Numbered from the stretch's first letter, positions 19,625 through 30,152 are shown. The stretch is 64,000 nucleotides of DNA from Ignavibacteriaceae bacterium (GCA_019638025.1 JAHBUO010000003.1:53194-117193), one strand, 5' to 3'. Numbers and translations: made by a program. The notes: generated by a model not told the origin, from the sequence alone.

Positions 19625-20383
19625 TTAATATTGGAATGTAATTCCGAGTTTAGTTGAAATATAATTATTAAAGATATAGTTATCGTAACCAAGTTTACCT
19701 TCAGTTTTTAGAATGTGAGTATAATTCAATGATGCGTCAATTCTAAATGCATCATTCAAAAGATAACCTAGATTAATACCTCCGTAAACAACCAAAGGGT
19801 TTCCATTTTTTGAAGGAGCAAAGTTTCTGAATTTGTATTGAAATACATAACCGATTTGTTCATACTTTTTTGACCATTCTTCTTCTAAAAACATTCTTCT
19901 TGAATAAAATATAATCCCACCTCCAATCGAAGGTTGAACAAAAAACTTTTCTGCGAATGTAAAATCACCATTAAGCGTGATAATTAATGGAATCACATCC
20001 ATTTTCTGAATTGATTGTATTGTTGCTCTTAGCGTTGTATCTGTTAAATCAGCATTAACATTGCCACGATAACGATTATCCCAGAAATCCCACTTCCACT
20101 GAATTAGCCCAGAATCTTGCTGAACACTAAATAGTTGATAACCACCAATCAAACTAACTGAAAGATTGTCGAGGAGTTTATAATCAATTTTAAGTGTACC
20201 ACCAACTGCATCTGCTTTTGTTACTGCTAACCTTTTGCTCCCACTGATTGAATAATCACCATTTAATGAAATTGATGATAATTGCCCAAAAGTGTAGTGG
20301 GACAGAAATAGCATGATAAAAACGACAAAAGCAATATTTTTATAAATTCTTGTATTATTCGAAACTCTACTTCTCATATTCAT
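19625..20383 (-). CDS. Small outer-membrane beta-barrel protein (hypothetical)
   Basis: Hydrophobic signal/anchor, beta-strand periodicity, and a terminal ...GITFQY. It is 2 nt from the downstream OMP gene. Confidence 0.65.
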   Translation of the reverse strand: MNMRSRVSNNTRIYKNIAFVVFIMLFLSHYTFGQLSSISLNGDYSISGSKRLAVTKADAVGGTLKIDYKLLDNLSVSLIGGYQLFSVQQDSGLIQWKWDFWDNRYRGNVNADLTDTTLRATIQSIQKMDVIPLIITLNGDFTFAEKFFVQPSIGGGIIFYSRRMFLEEEWSKKYEQIGYVFQYKFRNFAPSKNGNPLVVYGGINLGYLLNDAFRIDASLNYTHILKTEGKLGYDNYIFNNYISTKLGITFQY

Positions 20384-20389
20384 ATCAAA

Positions 20390-21331
20390 TTAATTTACTC
20401 CAAGTTGAAGTGATAGCCGCATTATCTTACCAAGACGACCGTAATCGGAATAAGCAAAATCAAGAGTAAGTGGAATTGATAAATTTGGATTAACACCAAA
20501 ACCAAAACTGTAAGATTCTTCATCATAAAAGAATTTATAACCTAATCGAAGTGAAAGCATATTCATCCAAGAAAGTTCAAGTCCGGTATTTAATTTTTCA
20601 TCTGCATCATTTGGATGAAGCGCCTCAACAAGTGCAGTAACTTTGTACTCAGTTGTTTCATCACCAAATACTTCACCGGCTAAGCCTAATCTTAACAATG
20701 CCGGCATCTTAAATGGATCATTAATGTATTGAGCATCCACACCAAAATTTTGAATTGTTGCTGCAATTCTTAGACTTCCCAATCCAGTATAATAGAGCAT
20801 GCCTCCATCGAATAAAAAATTATCAACTGAATAAATATCAATCCCCTCTTTAACATATTTTGCTCCAACCCCAAAAGAAAAACGATCTGTTAATTTTCTG
20901 GAATATGTAATTCCGACTGCCAAAGCATTTGCATTAAAAGTACCTAAAACCTCGTAAACGCGCTGCCCTGCAATCTTTTTTGTTTTTGGCATTGAACCAT
21001 AGTCAACTCCTATAAATCCTACTCCAAAAACTCCGAATGAAGTATTGAAAATATACGAAGAAGCATAATGTTTAATGTCAGCAATCCATGGCGAGTAAGA
21101 TGCAAAAAAAGAATGAGTTTGTTCTGTGAATCCTGTAGAAGCTATATTACTAAATATTCCGGAAGCATTCATATCTGATAAAGTAATTGATGATTCACCC
21201 AATGCGGCACCACGAGCTGTTACCGGAAGTTCTAAAAAAACAAATCCGGCAGTTGCATTTTTCTTAAACTCTTGCTGAGCAAAAGATATTGAGAGTGTTA
21301 AAATAAAAAGTATTAAAATTCTATATTTCAT
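20390..21331 (-). CDS. PorV/PorQ-family outer-membrane protein (T9SS-associated shuttle-like beta-barrel)
   Basis: Signal peptide, then the family-typical start ATAGFVFLELPVTARGAALGESS and a Gly/aromatic-rich barrel ending ...LQLGVN. Confidence 0.75.
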   Translation of the reverse strand: MKYRILILFILTLSISFAQQEFKKNATAGFVFLELPVTARGAALGESSITLSDMNASGIFSNIASTGFTEQTHSFFASYSPWIADIKHYASSYIFNTSFGVFGVGFIGVDYGSMPKTKKIAGQRVYEVLGTFNANALAVGITYSRKLTDRFSFGVGAKYVKEGIDIYSVDNFLFDGGMLYYTGLGSLRIAATIQNFGVDAQYINDPFKMPALLRLGLAGEVFGDETTEYKVTALVEALHPNDADEKLNTGLELSWMNMLSLRLGYKFFYDEESYSFGFGVNPNLSIPLTLDFAYSDYGRLGKIMRLSLQLGVN

Positions 21332-21359
21332 TAAATAAAATTACTCCAATTAAAAGTCA

Positions 21360-23453
21360 TTATCTGACAATTGCAAATTTCCCTATTTTTTTACCGTAAG
21401 GAGATTCTATGTGATAAATATAAACTCCGCTTACAACAAATTGACCAAAATCAGTCACTTGATCCCATGTAACAATTCCGCCAACATTATCACCGACATT
21501 TATTGTTTTGACTAAATCTCCTCTGACGGTATAAATCCTAATTGTTGATGGATTTGGAACATTAACAAACTGAATATCACTCCCCTCTCCCGGACGTGAA
21601 AAACCTTCACCGATAATAAATGGATTTGGAACAACTAGAACATCATTCACTTCATTTTTAGCCGGAAGAGTTGCAAGAAAAGGTTCGCTCATTCTGTTAG
21701 CAAATATTGATGATTCCATTGGTGGAACAGCATTTGAATTTGTTTCGGGAAATCTTGCTGCCGGATTAATCGGCCAGCTCGCTTTTCCGGTATCGAAAGC
21801 TGTGAGTGAGTAATAGTATGACCTTCCTATTTCAACAGATGAATCTACATACGAATATTTATTTGTTAAAAGATCGAAATAATTTGCATCCCCTTTTGTG
21901 ATAGTTGCGATTTTCTCCCATGGTCCGTATGGTAAAAAGTCCGAGCGATAAATATTATAACCTGCCAAATCTAACTCACCATCATCAGGGTCAGGGTGAG
22001 ATTCAGTCTCATTTCCCCACAAAATAACATTTGCTGCAAGTTGAGTTGCTCCTTTGTAAAAATCTAATGTAAATTTTGGAGCAGCAGGTGGATCAGGATG
22101 ATTCATATTATTGTCAAAAGTAAATTTTGCTCTGTTATATGAATCAGTAAAAGCTTTATTGCTCGCAGTAAAAAGTGCGTTCTGTGTTAAATTTTTATCG
22201 AATAAAAATTTTGCATCCATCCCATTTACGATTTCAGCAAGAACGATTCTAATTGAATCACCGGGAAATAAATTCCAAGGTCCGAGAGCCATCAAAGACC
22301 ACATTCTGTTTTTAAGCATGTAGTTTGTATCGGCAAAACTTGTAACAAATCGATAGGCGTTTGAAGGATTTTGAAGAACACTATATTTCCCTTCATTTGT
22401 GCCGGATACACCTGTGAAAGGACCACTTAAATCGAGCGAGTTTTCAGCTGCAGACCACCCTACTCTCCCGGTCCCAATTCTTGTGGCTTGGCCTGTTGAA
22501 TCGGGGGAAGAATAAAATAGTGACACACCTACAAATCCGGGGGCTAAATACTCACCTGAAGGTTGACCATTGATTATTCTACCCAACGAGTTTGAAAAGC
22601 CGTAACTCTCATCAATACCTTGCGTTGTCTTATAATCTGCTGAACGTCCCCAAATCATTTTTTTGACTGGGTCGTAGAAGAACCAAGTATTTCTTGCTCC
22701 GGGAGTTTCTTGCCTAAACAAAACATTCCATGAACGAGAATTTGATTGGAGACCATAATTTAATAGAGTATAGAGTTTATAAAGTGAATCAACAATTACT
22801 CTATTTGGATTAGCTGCTAAAATTTCATTCGAAATATTTTTAAATACATATTCATAAATGATATAATTTTCATCCTTCATTGAACCGTTCCATTGATGCA
22901 CTCTACGCGTAACTCTCAATGGAAGCTGTCTTTCAAGGTCATTTTCTCGAAAATAATTTACATTATACTCCCAGATAGTTTCAATAACCTCTTCGCCAAC
23001 GTTAGGATTTGTTCTTAACCAATGATTTTCACCATTTTTATAGAGATGCCCATGTTTTCTCACAATATATTTTGAACCGGGTTCATCAGATACAGTCCCT
23101 GCATACATTGACCAATCTTCAACTACCAAAACTGAATCATTTGATTTTTTTGCTCCAATCCAAAACCCACCTGCAACCATATGAGACGGCGACCCACCGA
23201 TATCATCTCTAATCCAAGACTCATCAAATGCAGGCCAATCTAAACTAGGTCCTGTCTTTCGCCAATTATTATAAGTTGGACCAACTTTTCCAAATTGCAC
23301 ACTTTGCCATAACGAACCTCTATTAAAAAACTGTAATGAAGATTCAACTTGTGGTTTAATTTCAAAACTGACTAACAAAATAATGGTTGCAACTAAAATA
23401 ATATTCTGAATTTTCTTACTCATATACTGATTATTTTTATTTGAATTAATCAT
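21360..23453 (-). CDS. Secreted protein of unknown function with an Fn3-like module and a FlgD-Ig/T9SS-like C-terminal beta-sandwich
   Basis: N-terminal signal/anchor. I recognised no catalytic motif. An Fn3-like stretch is present (GYNIYRS...YYYSLTAFD), and the C-terminus reads VVPNPF...RIYTVRGDLV...GVYIYHIE...FAIVR. TAATG overlap with the upstream TBDR gene. Confidence 0.7.
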   Translation of the reverse strand: MINSNKNNQYMSKKIQNIILVATIILLVSFEIKPQVESSLQFFNRGSLWQSVQFGKVGPTYNNWRKTGPSLDWPAFDESWIRDDIGGSPSHMVAGGFWIGAKKSNDSVLVVEDWSMYAGTVSDEPGSKYIVRKHGHLYKNGENHWLRTNPNVGEEVIETIWEYNVNYFRENDLERQLPLRVTRRVHQWNGSMKDENYIIYEYVFKNISNEILAANPNRVIVDSLYKLYTLLNYGLQSNSRSWNVLFRQETPGARNTWFFYDPVKKMIWGRSADYKTTQGIDESYGFSNSLGRIINGQPSGEYLAPGFVGVSLFYSSPDSTGQATRIGTGRVGWSAAENSLDLSGPFTGVSGTNEGKYSVLQNPSNAYRFVTSFADTNYMLKNRMWSLMALGPWNLFPGDSIRIVLAEIVNGMDAKFLFDKNLTQNALFTASNKAFTDSYNRAKFTFDNNMNHPDPPAAPKFTLDFYKGATQLAANVILWGNETESHPDPDDGELDLAGYNIYRSDFLPYGPWEKIATITKGDANYFDLLTNKYSYVDSSVEIGRSYYYSLTAFDTGKASWPINPAARFPETNSNAVPPMESSIFANRMSEPFLATLPAKNEVNDVLVVPNPFIIGEGFSRPGEGSDIQFVNVPNPSTIRIYTVRGDLVKTINVGDNVGGIVTWDQVTDFGQFVVSGVYIYHIESPYGKKIGKFAIVR

Positions 23454-26400
23454 TAAAAACCAAATCCTAAAGTGAAAAATACTTGACGTGGAATATTTCT
23501 ATATGCTTTGAAAGGGGCGTTTATATAACTTTTCCTTAACTGATCATCCGGAATTCTTGGATTCCCCGGGTCAGCCATAGTATATCCATATTCTACCCAT
23601 CTAATTATGTCGTCTGAAGATTCACTCCCCGGCATAGGAGTTAACCATTTATTATCTAACAGATTCATTACTCTAACTCCTAAAACTATCCGATATCCCG
23701 AAAAATTAATATTCTTAATAAAGTTGAAGTCAAAATTTTGTTCTAACGGATATCTTCTATTATTCACAGCATCTTTTAAGTCGAATGAAGTGACATAAGT
23801 AAATGGAGCACCCGACATCGCTTTGTATGTTAAACTAAATGTCGAATTTTGAAATGGCTTAATTCCAAAGATAGAAAGACCTTCTTCATCCTTTAAATTA
23901 TACTGGAGTAAACCGCTGAAGTTATGAGTTCTATCATTTACAGATAAAAATTCTCCTGTATAATTACGTCGTGCAAAATTTCGAGAGTTATCCGGAAATA
24001 GAACTTGTGGTCCATAATTACCTTCCGTAGTTTGCGATAAACTATAACTTAAACGATATGACCACTCTTCATAAGTAACTTTCTCAAATGTGACATCAAT
24101 ACCAACAGTAGCACCAAAAGTATTATTTGCAAAAGTTGTATAAGTATATAATTTCTCGTTATCATCAGTATAACCGGCCGGTTCTCGAGATTGAGTGCCC
24201 GTAAAAGAAGCAATCCTTTGTAAACCGATTTGTGTAACTCTATCATTATAATAGAGAGCCACATCTAAACGATGTTTTTCATCAACCATTTGTTGAAGCC
24301 CAAATTCATATTGAATAGTCTTTTTCGGTTCAAGATTTGGATTGCCGTATCCTGCCCATCCTGATTGAGTTCTTTTCGAAAGTCCGTGTGAAAAAATTGG
24401 CATCGATGCAAAATGACCATATTGAATTCTGAACGCTGTGGATTCTCCAATCGGGAAAGAGACCCCAATTCTGGGTAACAGAATAAATTGTGTTTCGGAA
24501 GGGACTGTCTCAGGATTTCCTAAAGCAGGGCCTGATCTCCCCTGATAAAAAATATTATATGGGTCAATTGGATAATTTGATTGGAAATTGTAAGCTTCTG
24601 CACGAAGGCCAATATTTGCAATCATCCCCGAGTATTCCATCTTATCTTGAAAATATACTGCAACATTATATGGATAAGCTCGATAATACTCTGCAAATCC
24701 GGCTCTCACAAGAAATGAATTTGCTTGATAACTTGAATTAACACCATTATTAAACATATCCCAATAATAGAATCTGATTCCTGCTTTTAACAGATTCGTC
24801 GGGATTATTTGATTAGTATAATCTGCACTTATACTCCATTGTTCGGTTCTTGTATCTTGATAATAAAGTGTACTCACTGCATCCGGTGGTCTAAAATATT
24901 GGTTCGACTCCCACCAGGTTCCGGACCGTAATACAGTTCCGCTTGCGTCGTATAAACTATCTAACACATCTCGTTGTTGAGTATATCCCGGAAGATATTC
25001 ATACGGTAGCTCATATTTTTCTTGCTGATGAGTTACTGTTGCTTCAATAAAAGAAGTATTACTAATCGTATAAATAAAATTAACACTCTGAGCAACTGTT
25101 CTTTCAAGTCGAACCGGATCAATTTTTACATAATACTTTGACGATAAGCCGGGAGGTGAAAATGCAATTCCTGACCAACGGATATCTTCGGAACCAGACC
25201 AAATTCCTCCTTTATAATTCTGAAAACTTAACATTGTTTTAATTTTCAGTTCGGTCATGGGCTGATAGGTTAAGTTGAGAATATAATTCTGATAAATCTG
25301 ATTTTTCTCAGACGTTGGGAGACGAGTCGGATTCTTTTTATACTCACCTGAGAAATAGAATTTCAATAAATTTGGGTCTTTGCCAAGAGGACCGCCAAAA
25401 CCAACCATATATCTTGTATAAGCATATTGACGGTAATCATACACACCAAGAGGATTATCATCACTTGGAGAATGATTTTTCACCCATAAATCATAAGCCC
25501 AATCCATTTCACGAGTTTCAATCATACTTCGATATGCAGAATCCTCAGCAGTTGCGGTATTTGCCGTGAATCTATCATACAACCACTTATATCTATTCGG
25601 AAGATTTAATTCATTGATTATTGAATTTTTATTATCAATCCAGTGTTGTTTATTCCCCCACTTTTGCCATTCGTAATTTGATTTATCATATAAATACTGC
25701 CCAAAATGATATTGCCCTGCGGGTCGATACTCAGTCCTAAATTCTCCACTAAACTTTGGACTTCCATCCTTTAGAACAACTTTTACAACTCCGGCTTGTG
25801 CATTTCCGTATTCAGCTGAAAAACCGCCTGTTATAAGTTGAAGTTGCTGCACACCCAAAGGATTAACATCGTACTTCCACGAGTTATTAGCTTTTTCTGT
25901 TCCGAATGTACCGGGTCCGCTTGTTGCCGAGTTTGTTTGCTCAACACCATTAATCTGAAAATTGAGTTCATAAGAACCGGAACCTCTAACAGAATAATTT
26001 CCTGTAGCCGACTTTTGAAATCCTGCAGATAGGTCTAATGCTCCACGTAATCCTTCAATTGGAGCAGCTTTAATTTGTGATTCGTTTAGAGTTGAGGATG
26101 AGGAAGTTTGGTCTTTTATAATCTTTGGTTTTTCGGCAACTACAACAACTTGATCAAGCTGAACAGTCGCATCTTTTAATGAAAAATTTTGTGTGGTTGT
26201 TCTATCAATAATAATTTCAACATCTTTTGCAATAATCTTACCATAACCTAAGGAGCTAACTTGAACTGAGTAAATTCCGGGGGGAATGTTCAGGATTACA
26301 TATCGCCCTTCTAAATCAGTGGCTGAGCCGATATTAGTTCCAAGAATTAATACATTAGCACCGATAAGAGGTTCATTTGTAGACGCATCTTTTACGGTTC

Positions 26401-26518
26401 CCGCAAGTTTTCCACGCTGAGATTGTGAGAAGTTTGTGAACGGAATTGCTGTGAAAAATATTATAAAAAGTAAAGTGATTGAAATCTGATTTTGTAGCAA
26501 TTTTATCATGTAGACCAA
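23453..26518 (-). CDS. TonB-dependent receptor with an N-terminal carboxypeptidase-regulatory-like domain
   Basis: Signal peptide, CarbopepD_reg-like domain (GTVKDASTNEPLIGANVLILGT..GATDLEGRY), plug region, large barrel, and a terminal ...FFTLGFGF. An alternative ATG start lies at 26509. Confidence 0.88.
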   Translation of the reverse strand: MVYMIKLLQNQISITLLFIIFFTAIPFTNFSQSQRGKLAGTVKDASTNEPLIGANVLILGTNIGSATDLEGRYVILNIPPGIYSVQVSSLGYGKIIAKDVEIIIDRTTTQNFSLKDATVQLDQVVVVAEKPKIIKDQTSSSSTLNESQIKAAPIEGLRGALDLSAGFQKSATGNYSVRGSGSYELNFQINGVEQTNSATSGPGTFGTEKANNSWKYDVNPLGVQQLQLITGGFSAEYGNAQAGVVKVVLKDGSPKFSGEFRTEYRPAGQYHFGQYLYDKSNYEWQKWGNKQHWIDNKNSIINELNLPNRYKWLYDRFTANTATAEDSAYRSMIETREMDWAYDLWVKNHSPSDDNPLGVYDYRQYAYTRYMVGFGGPLGKDPNLLKFYFSGEYKKNPTRLPTSEKNQIYQNYILNLTYQPMTELKIKTMLSFQNYKGGIWSGSEDIRWSGIAFSPPGLSSKYYVKIDPVRLERTVAQSVNFIYTISNTSFIEATVTHQQEKYELPYEYLPGYTQQRDVLDSLYDASGTVLRSGTWWESNQYFRPPDAVSTLYYQDTRTEQWSISADYTNQIIPTNLLKAGIRFYYWDMFNNGVNSSYQANSFLVRAGFAEYYRAYPYNVAVYFQDKMEYSGMIANIGLRAEAYNFQSNYPIDPYNIFYQGRSGPALGNPETVPSETQFILLPRIGVSFPIGESTAFRIQYGHFASMPIFSHGLSKRTQSGWAGYGNPNLEPKKTIQYEFGLQQMVDEKHRLDVALYYNDRVTQIGLQRIASFTGTQSREPAGYTDDNEKLYTYTTFANNTFGATVGIDVTFEKVTYEEWSYRLSYSLSQTTEGNYGPQVLFPDNSRNFARRNYTGEFLSVNDRTHNFSGLLQYNLKDEEGLSIFGIKPFQNSTFSLTYKAMSGAPFTYVTSFDLKDAVNNRRYPLEQNFDFNFIKNINFSGYRIVLGVRVMNLLDNKWLTPMPGSESSDDIIRWVEYGYTMADPGNPRIPDDQLRKSYINAPFKAYRNIPRQVFFTLGFGF

Positions 26519-26689
26519 TTAAAAATTTTTTATATTTTTACTGAAGAAATTTAGAAACAAACTTGCAAATAAAAAAATTGTTATCGAGCCTCTCAAATGA
26601 GATTTGATACTCAATGAGATGACGAATAATGAACCTTAACATTACAATAAAAGTCAACAAATTTTATCATATTTAATTGAGCAATTCAA

Positions 26690-27541
26690 ATGAAAAAATT
26701 TACTGTATTCAATATTATTAGCGAGCCATTCGAACCGGAAATATTATCCGGATTTCTTTGGGAAACCGAACCATCAGGGATTGAAGAATTAAGCAATTCT
26801 CTAAACCTTTTTTTTGAATCGGAAGATGAAAATATAAAATCAAAATTAGTAGAGATTCTTGATGAACTAAAATCTGATGGTATGCTTGATACTTATGAAA
26901 TAAATTACTCGGTGTTTGAAGATCAGAATTGGAATGAAGAATGGGAAAAAGGGATTAAAGTAATTAATGTGACAGATAAAATTGTAATTAAGCCTACATT
27001 TAGAGACTACAATCCAAAACCGAATGAAATTGTAATCACTATTGACCCCAAAATGTCATTTGGAACCGGCGAGCATCAAACTACAAAATTAATATTATCA
27101 CTTTTAGAGAAATTTGTTTCATCAAATCAAAGGGTTTTAGATGTGGGGAGTGGGACGGCAGTTTTAGCAATTGCTGCTTTGAAACTTGGCGCAACCTCTG
27201 CAGTTGCTGTCGATAACGATGAATGGTGTCTCGATAATGGTATTGAAAATGCAAAATTGAATGATGTTGAGAATTTGTTACAAGTTAAACTCGGAGAAAT
27301 TAAAGATATTGAAGATTCCGACTTTGATTTAATTCTTGCAAACATCCAAAGAAATGTACTTCTGCCAATCGCACCCCAAATTTGTGAGCGGGTCAAAAAT
27401 GATGGATTAATAATTCTAAGTGGATTACTTATCGATGATGAGAAAGTGATTGTAGAAAAATATTCTACATTTGGCTTTAAGCTTTTGGAGAAATCTCAAA
27501 TGGATGAGTGGATTGCATTGGTCTTTCAGAAGACTCTTTAA
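26690..27541 (+). CDS. prmA: Ribosomal protein L11 methyltransferase
   Basis: PrmA layout with IDPKMSFGTGEHQTTKL and the SAM-binding motif VLDVGSGTAVLAIAA, then ANI(Q)... downstream. Confidence 0.9.
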   Translation: MKKFTVFNIISEPFEPEILSGFLWETEPSGIEELSNSLNLFFESEDENIKSKLVEILDELKSDGMLDTYEINYSVFEDQNWNEEWEKGIKVINVTDKIVIKPTFRDYNPKPNEIVITIDPKMSFGTGEHQTTKLILSLLEKFVSSNQRVLDVGSGTAVLAIAALKLGATSAVAVDNDEWCLDNGIENAKLNDVENLLQVKLGEIKDIEDSDFDLILANIQRNVLLPIAPQICERVKNDGLIILSGLLIDDEKVIVEKYSTFGFKLLEKSQMDEWIALVFQKTL

Positions 27542-27544
27542 TAT

Positions 27545-30124
27545 TTATTTCAAGTATACCATTTTTTGAGTTCTGATTATATTATCTGCTTTTAACTGAT
27601 AATAATATACTCCACTTGATAAATGCTTTAGATCAGAATTAGAAAAATCCAACTTAATTGTATATACACCTTGTCTATAAAAACCGGATTTAATTTCAGA
27701 TACTTTCTCTCCAAGAAAATTATAGAGTGATAAATCAATATAAGTATCGAAAGGTAATTTTATTTGAATTTCAGTTTGTGCATTAAATGGATTTGGATAA
27801 TTCTGTGACAGTTCGATAAAATGGAATTCTCCCTCATGCAGTGTTCCATTTTGAGTGGATTTAGTTAGGATGAAAATTTTTCCGGAACGAGTTCCGATAT
27901 ACACATCGTTATTTAGTGAATCAATTCCATCAATTGCAATAGAAGAAATTTCCAAACCAACTGCATTTTCATTATATCCGGGAACAGTATACTTAACTAA
28001 TGAAGAACGAATATCTGAAGCATTTATATCAAAATGAAAAATAGTCCCGTTAAAATATCCATAAATCAGACCATCATTTCCTTCTAATAATTGATTTACA
28101 TAACCACTCTCATAAAAAGCCGGCCCGCCGCAGTATGTATGAAAGAATTGATTGAATACTTGAACACTTACATCCGGATTTAGTGGATAAAAATCACTTA
28201 TGCTCTTGACTGTTAGGGCATCATACACTCGAAGATTATTACAATCTGCCAAAACTATTTTATCCCACTTTTTTGAATATACAATTGATGTTGGAAAAAA
28301 CTCAGGAAATGATGGTATACTTAACTGTTGAAAAGAAGAATTAGAGTTGTCTTTATTGATATCGAATAAAAATACTTTTTTGTCATCAACCGTTCCATAA
28401 AACCTGTGTTTAGATGGAAATGCCTTGTATGATAATGATGTAGTGAATTGTCCACCATCAGCCTTAGCAACAACTTTAGGATTGTTTATCCCCTTTAAAT
28501 CAACTAAAATATATGCCGGGGGTTCTGTTGAATAACTGACTGTAGCCGTTCCAAGAAGCACTTGATCATCTTCTGTAAGAGCCATTGATGTTATCCTACC
28601 TTGTTGAAGAGTGGGATTTAAGTAAGATAAATCAATTACTTTGTCTAACTGATTTGATAAAGACCTAATGCGTAAGTATGGACCTTTGTATAGACCATAC
28701 AAAACTAGGTTATTTGTTTTATCTATTATCATTTTATTAGATTGAACCGCTGTTTTACCAGGAATAGGATTCGGACCATTTATATTTGAGACTCTCCAAT
28801 ACGAATCAACTGAATCAGTCGTCAATTCAGATTCAGAGAAATAAATACTTGAAAATAATTTTCTACTTGCAACTGCTAATCCAGAGATTAATCCTCCCCC
28901 TGTTGGATTTTTAATTTGAGACGGCTCCGGAAGAATTTTAGTATTAACATAAGATGATGTTAAATCGAGTGAAAAAAATATTTTGGGATCATTTGACCAA
29001 CTATGAACACCAACTATGAGATTATTAATTAAATTCTTTCTTCTTGTAATCAATGGAGTATTGTTTTTGTATGGGATATACTTTATTGCGTCAAGTTCAA
29101 TAGTGCCCATATGTAAATACATTGTTCGGTTATAGATAGGAAAATCTTGTTGAATATTGTTCGAGAAAAATAGAGTCGTATCTTGCGGAATAAATGTATG
29201 AGTTGCATTCATATCCTTCAAATTTATTCGTCTTATTTTATAATCGAACAACCAAATAATGTTCTCCTTTATATCAGCCTTAAAATTTGATACTTGCAGA
29301 CGTCCGCTTGTATTTATATTACTTAATTTCTTTTCAATTAAAGGACTCGAAGGGTTATTAATTGAGTAAATAAAGATTGATTCTGTTGCTCCATCCCCTG
29401 CACCCAAATACAACACATCTTCTCCATCATATTTGCCTAATTCAATATCATACACTACCGGAAACGGTTTGTCAAACGTTATTACTTGAAAACCTTTTTC
29501 AGGTATTGTATTTTCAGGTGCGCTCCAACTGCTTATTTTCCACTTGATTATTTTCATGTTATTCTTCTCGTTAAGAATAGCACCAAAGAAAATAAATTTA
29601 TCCCCATTTGGGGCGGTATAAAAAATTGGGTCGTATAAACCTCGAATATTATTAGCACGCAATGTTTCATTTCCAAAAGCGTGGACTTTTTCAGTTGCCG
29701 GATTATAATAAAAAAGATACGGAACTAGCGATACTGCCCCATAGATAAAGTGATTATCGCTCAGTATGGCTTGAATTATTTTCATATCATAATAACCGGG
29801 TTCATTTGGTTCATTGGTTTCACCCGGATAACCTACCGAACCTAAATCTTTTTCAATTATCGGAGGATTTGAGAATGGATTTATTTTATAAATATGGGCA
29901 TTTGGGTAAGTTCCGACAAATAAACTCCCTTGAAAGTAAGTTGAATACCAGAGTATCTCTTTGGTATAACCCGGGGAAACGTCTTGTTGAGTAATGGTCG
30001 ATTTTTTAAAAAGTTCAATAACTTTTCTACTGTTTTGTTGTCCTGCTAATTCAATGTTTGAAGATACCACAGATACCAACAAGAGCAATCCCCAAAATCT
30101 TTTCATAATTTGAATAGATTTCAT
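27545..30124 (-). CDS. Large secreted protein of unknown function (probable beta-propeller repeats) with a T9SS C-terminal domain
   Basis: Signal peptide and about 760 aa with no motif I recognise. Terminal type-A CTD (QNYPNPFNAQT...GVYYYQL...KMVYLK). Confidence 0.75.
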   Translation of the reverse strand: MKSIQIMKRFWGLLLLVSVVSSNIELAGQQNSRKVIELFKKSTITQQDVSPGYTKEILWYSTYFQGSLFVGTYPNAHIYKINPFSNPPIIEKDLGSVGYPGETNEPNEPGYYDMKIIQAILSDNHFIYGAVSLVPYLFYYNPATEKVHAFGNETLRANNIRGLYDPIFYTAPNGDKFIFFGAILNEKNNMKIIKWKISSWSAPENTIPEKGFQVITFDKPFPVVYDIELGKYDGEDVLYLGAGDGATESIFIYSINNPSSPLIEKKLSNINTSGRLQVSNFKADIKENIIWLFDYKIRRINLKDMNATHTFIPQDTTLFFSNNIQQDFPIYNRTMYLHMGTIELDAIKYIPYKNNTPLITRRKNLINNLIVGVHSWSNDPKIFFSLDLTSSYVNTKILPEPSQIKNPTGGGLISGLAVASRKLFSSIYFSESELTTDSVDSYWRVSNINGPNPIPGKTAVQSNKMIIDKTNNLVLYGLYKGPYLRIRSLSNQLDKVIDLSYLNPTLQQGRITSMALTEDDQVLLGTATVSYSTEPPAYILVDLKGINNPKVVAKADGGQFTTSLSYKAFPSKHRFYGTVDDKKVFLFDINKDNSNSSFQQLSIPSFPEFFPTSIVYSKKWDKIVLADCNNLRVYDALTVKSISDFYPLNPDVSVQVFNQFFHTYCGGPAFYESGYVNQLLEGNDGLIYGYFNGTIFHFDINASDIRSSLVKYTVPGYNENAVGLEISSIAIDGIDSLNNDVYIGTRSGKIFILTKSTQNGTLHEGEFHFIELSQNYPNPFNAQTEIQIKLPFDTYIDLSLYNFLGEKVSEIKSGFYRQGVYTIKLDFSNSDLKHLSSGVYYYQLKADNIIRTQKMVYLK

Positions 30125-30152
30125 AGGTTATGATTTCTTAATCTAAGTTAAA

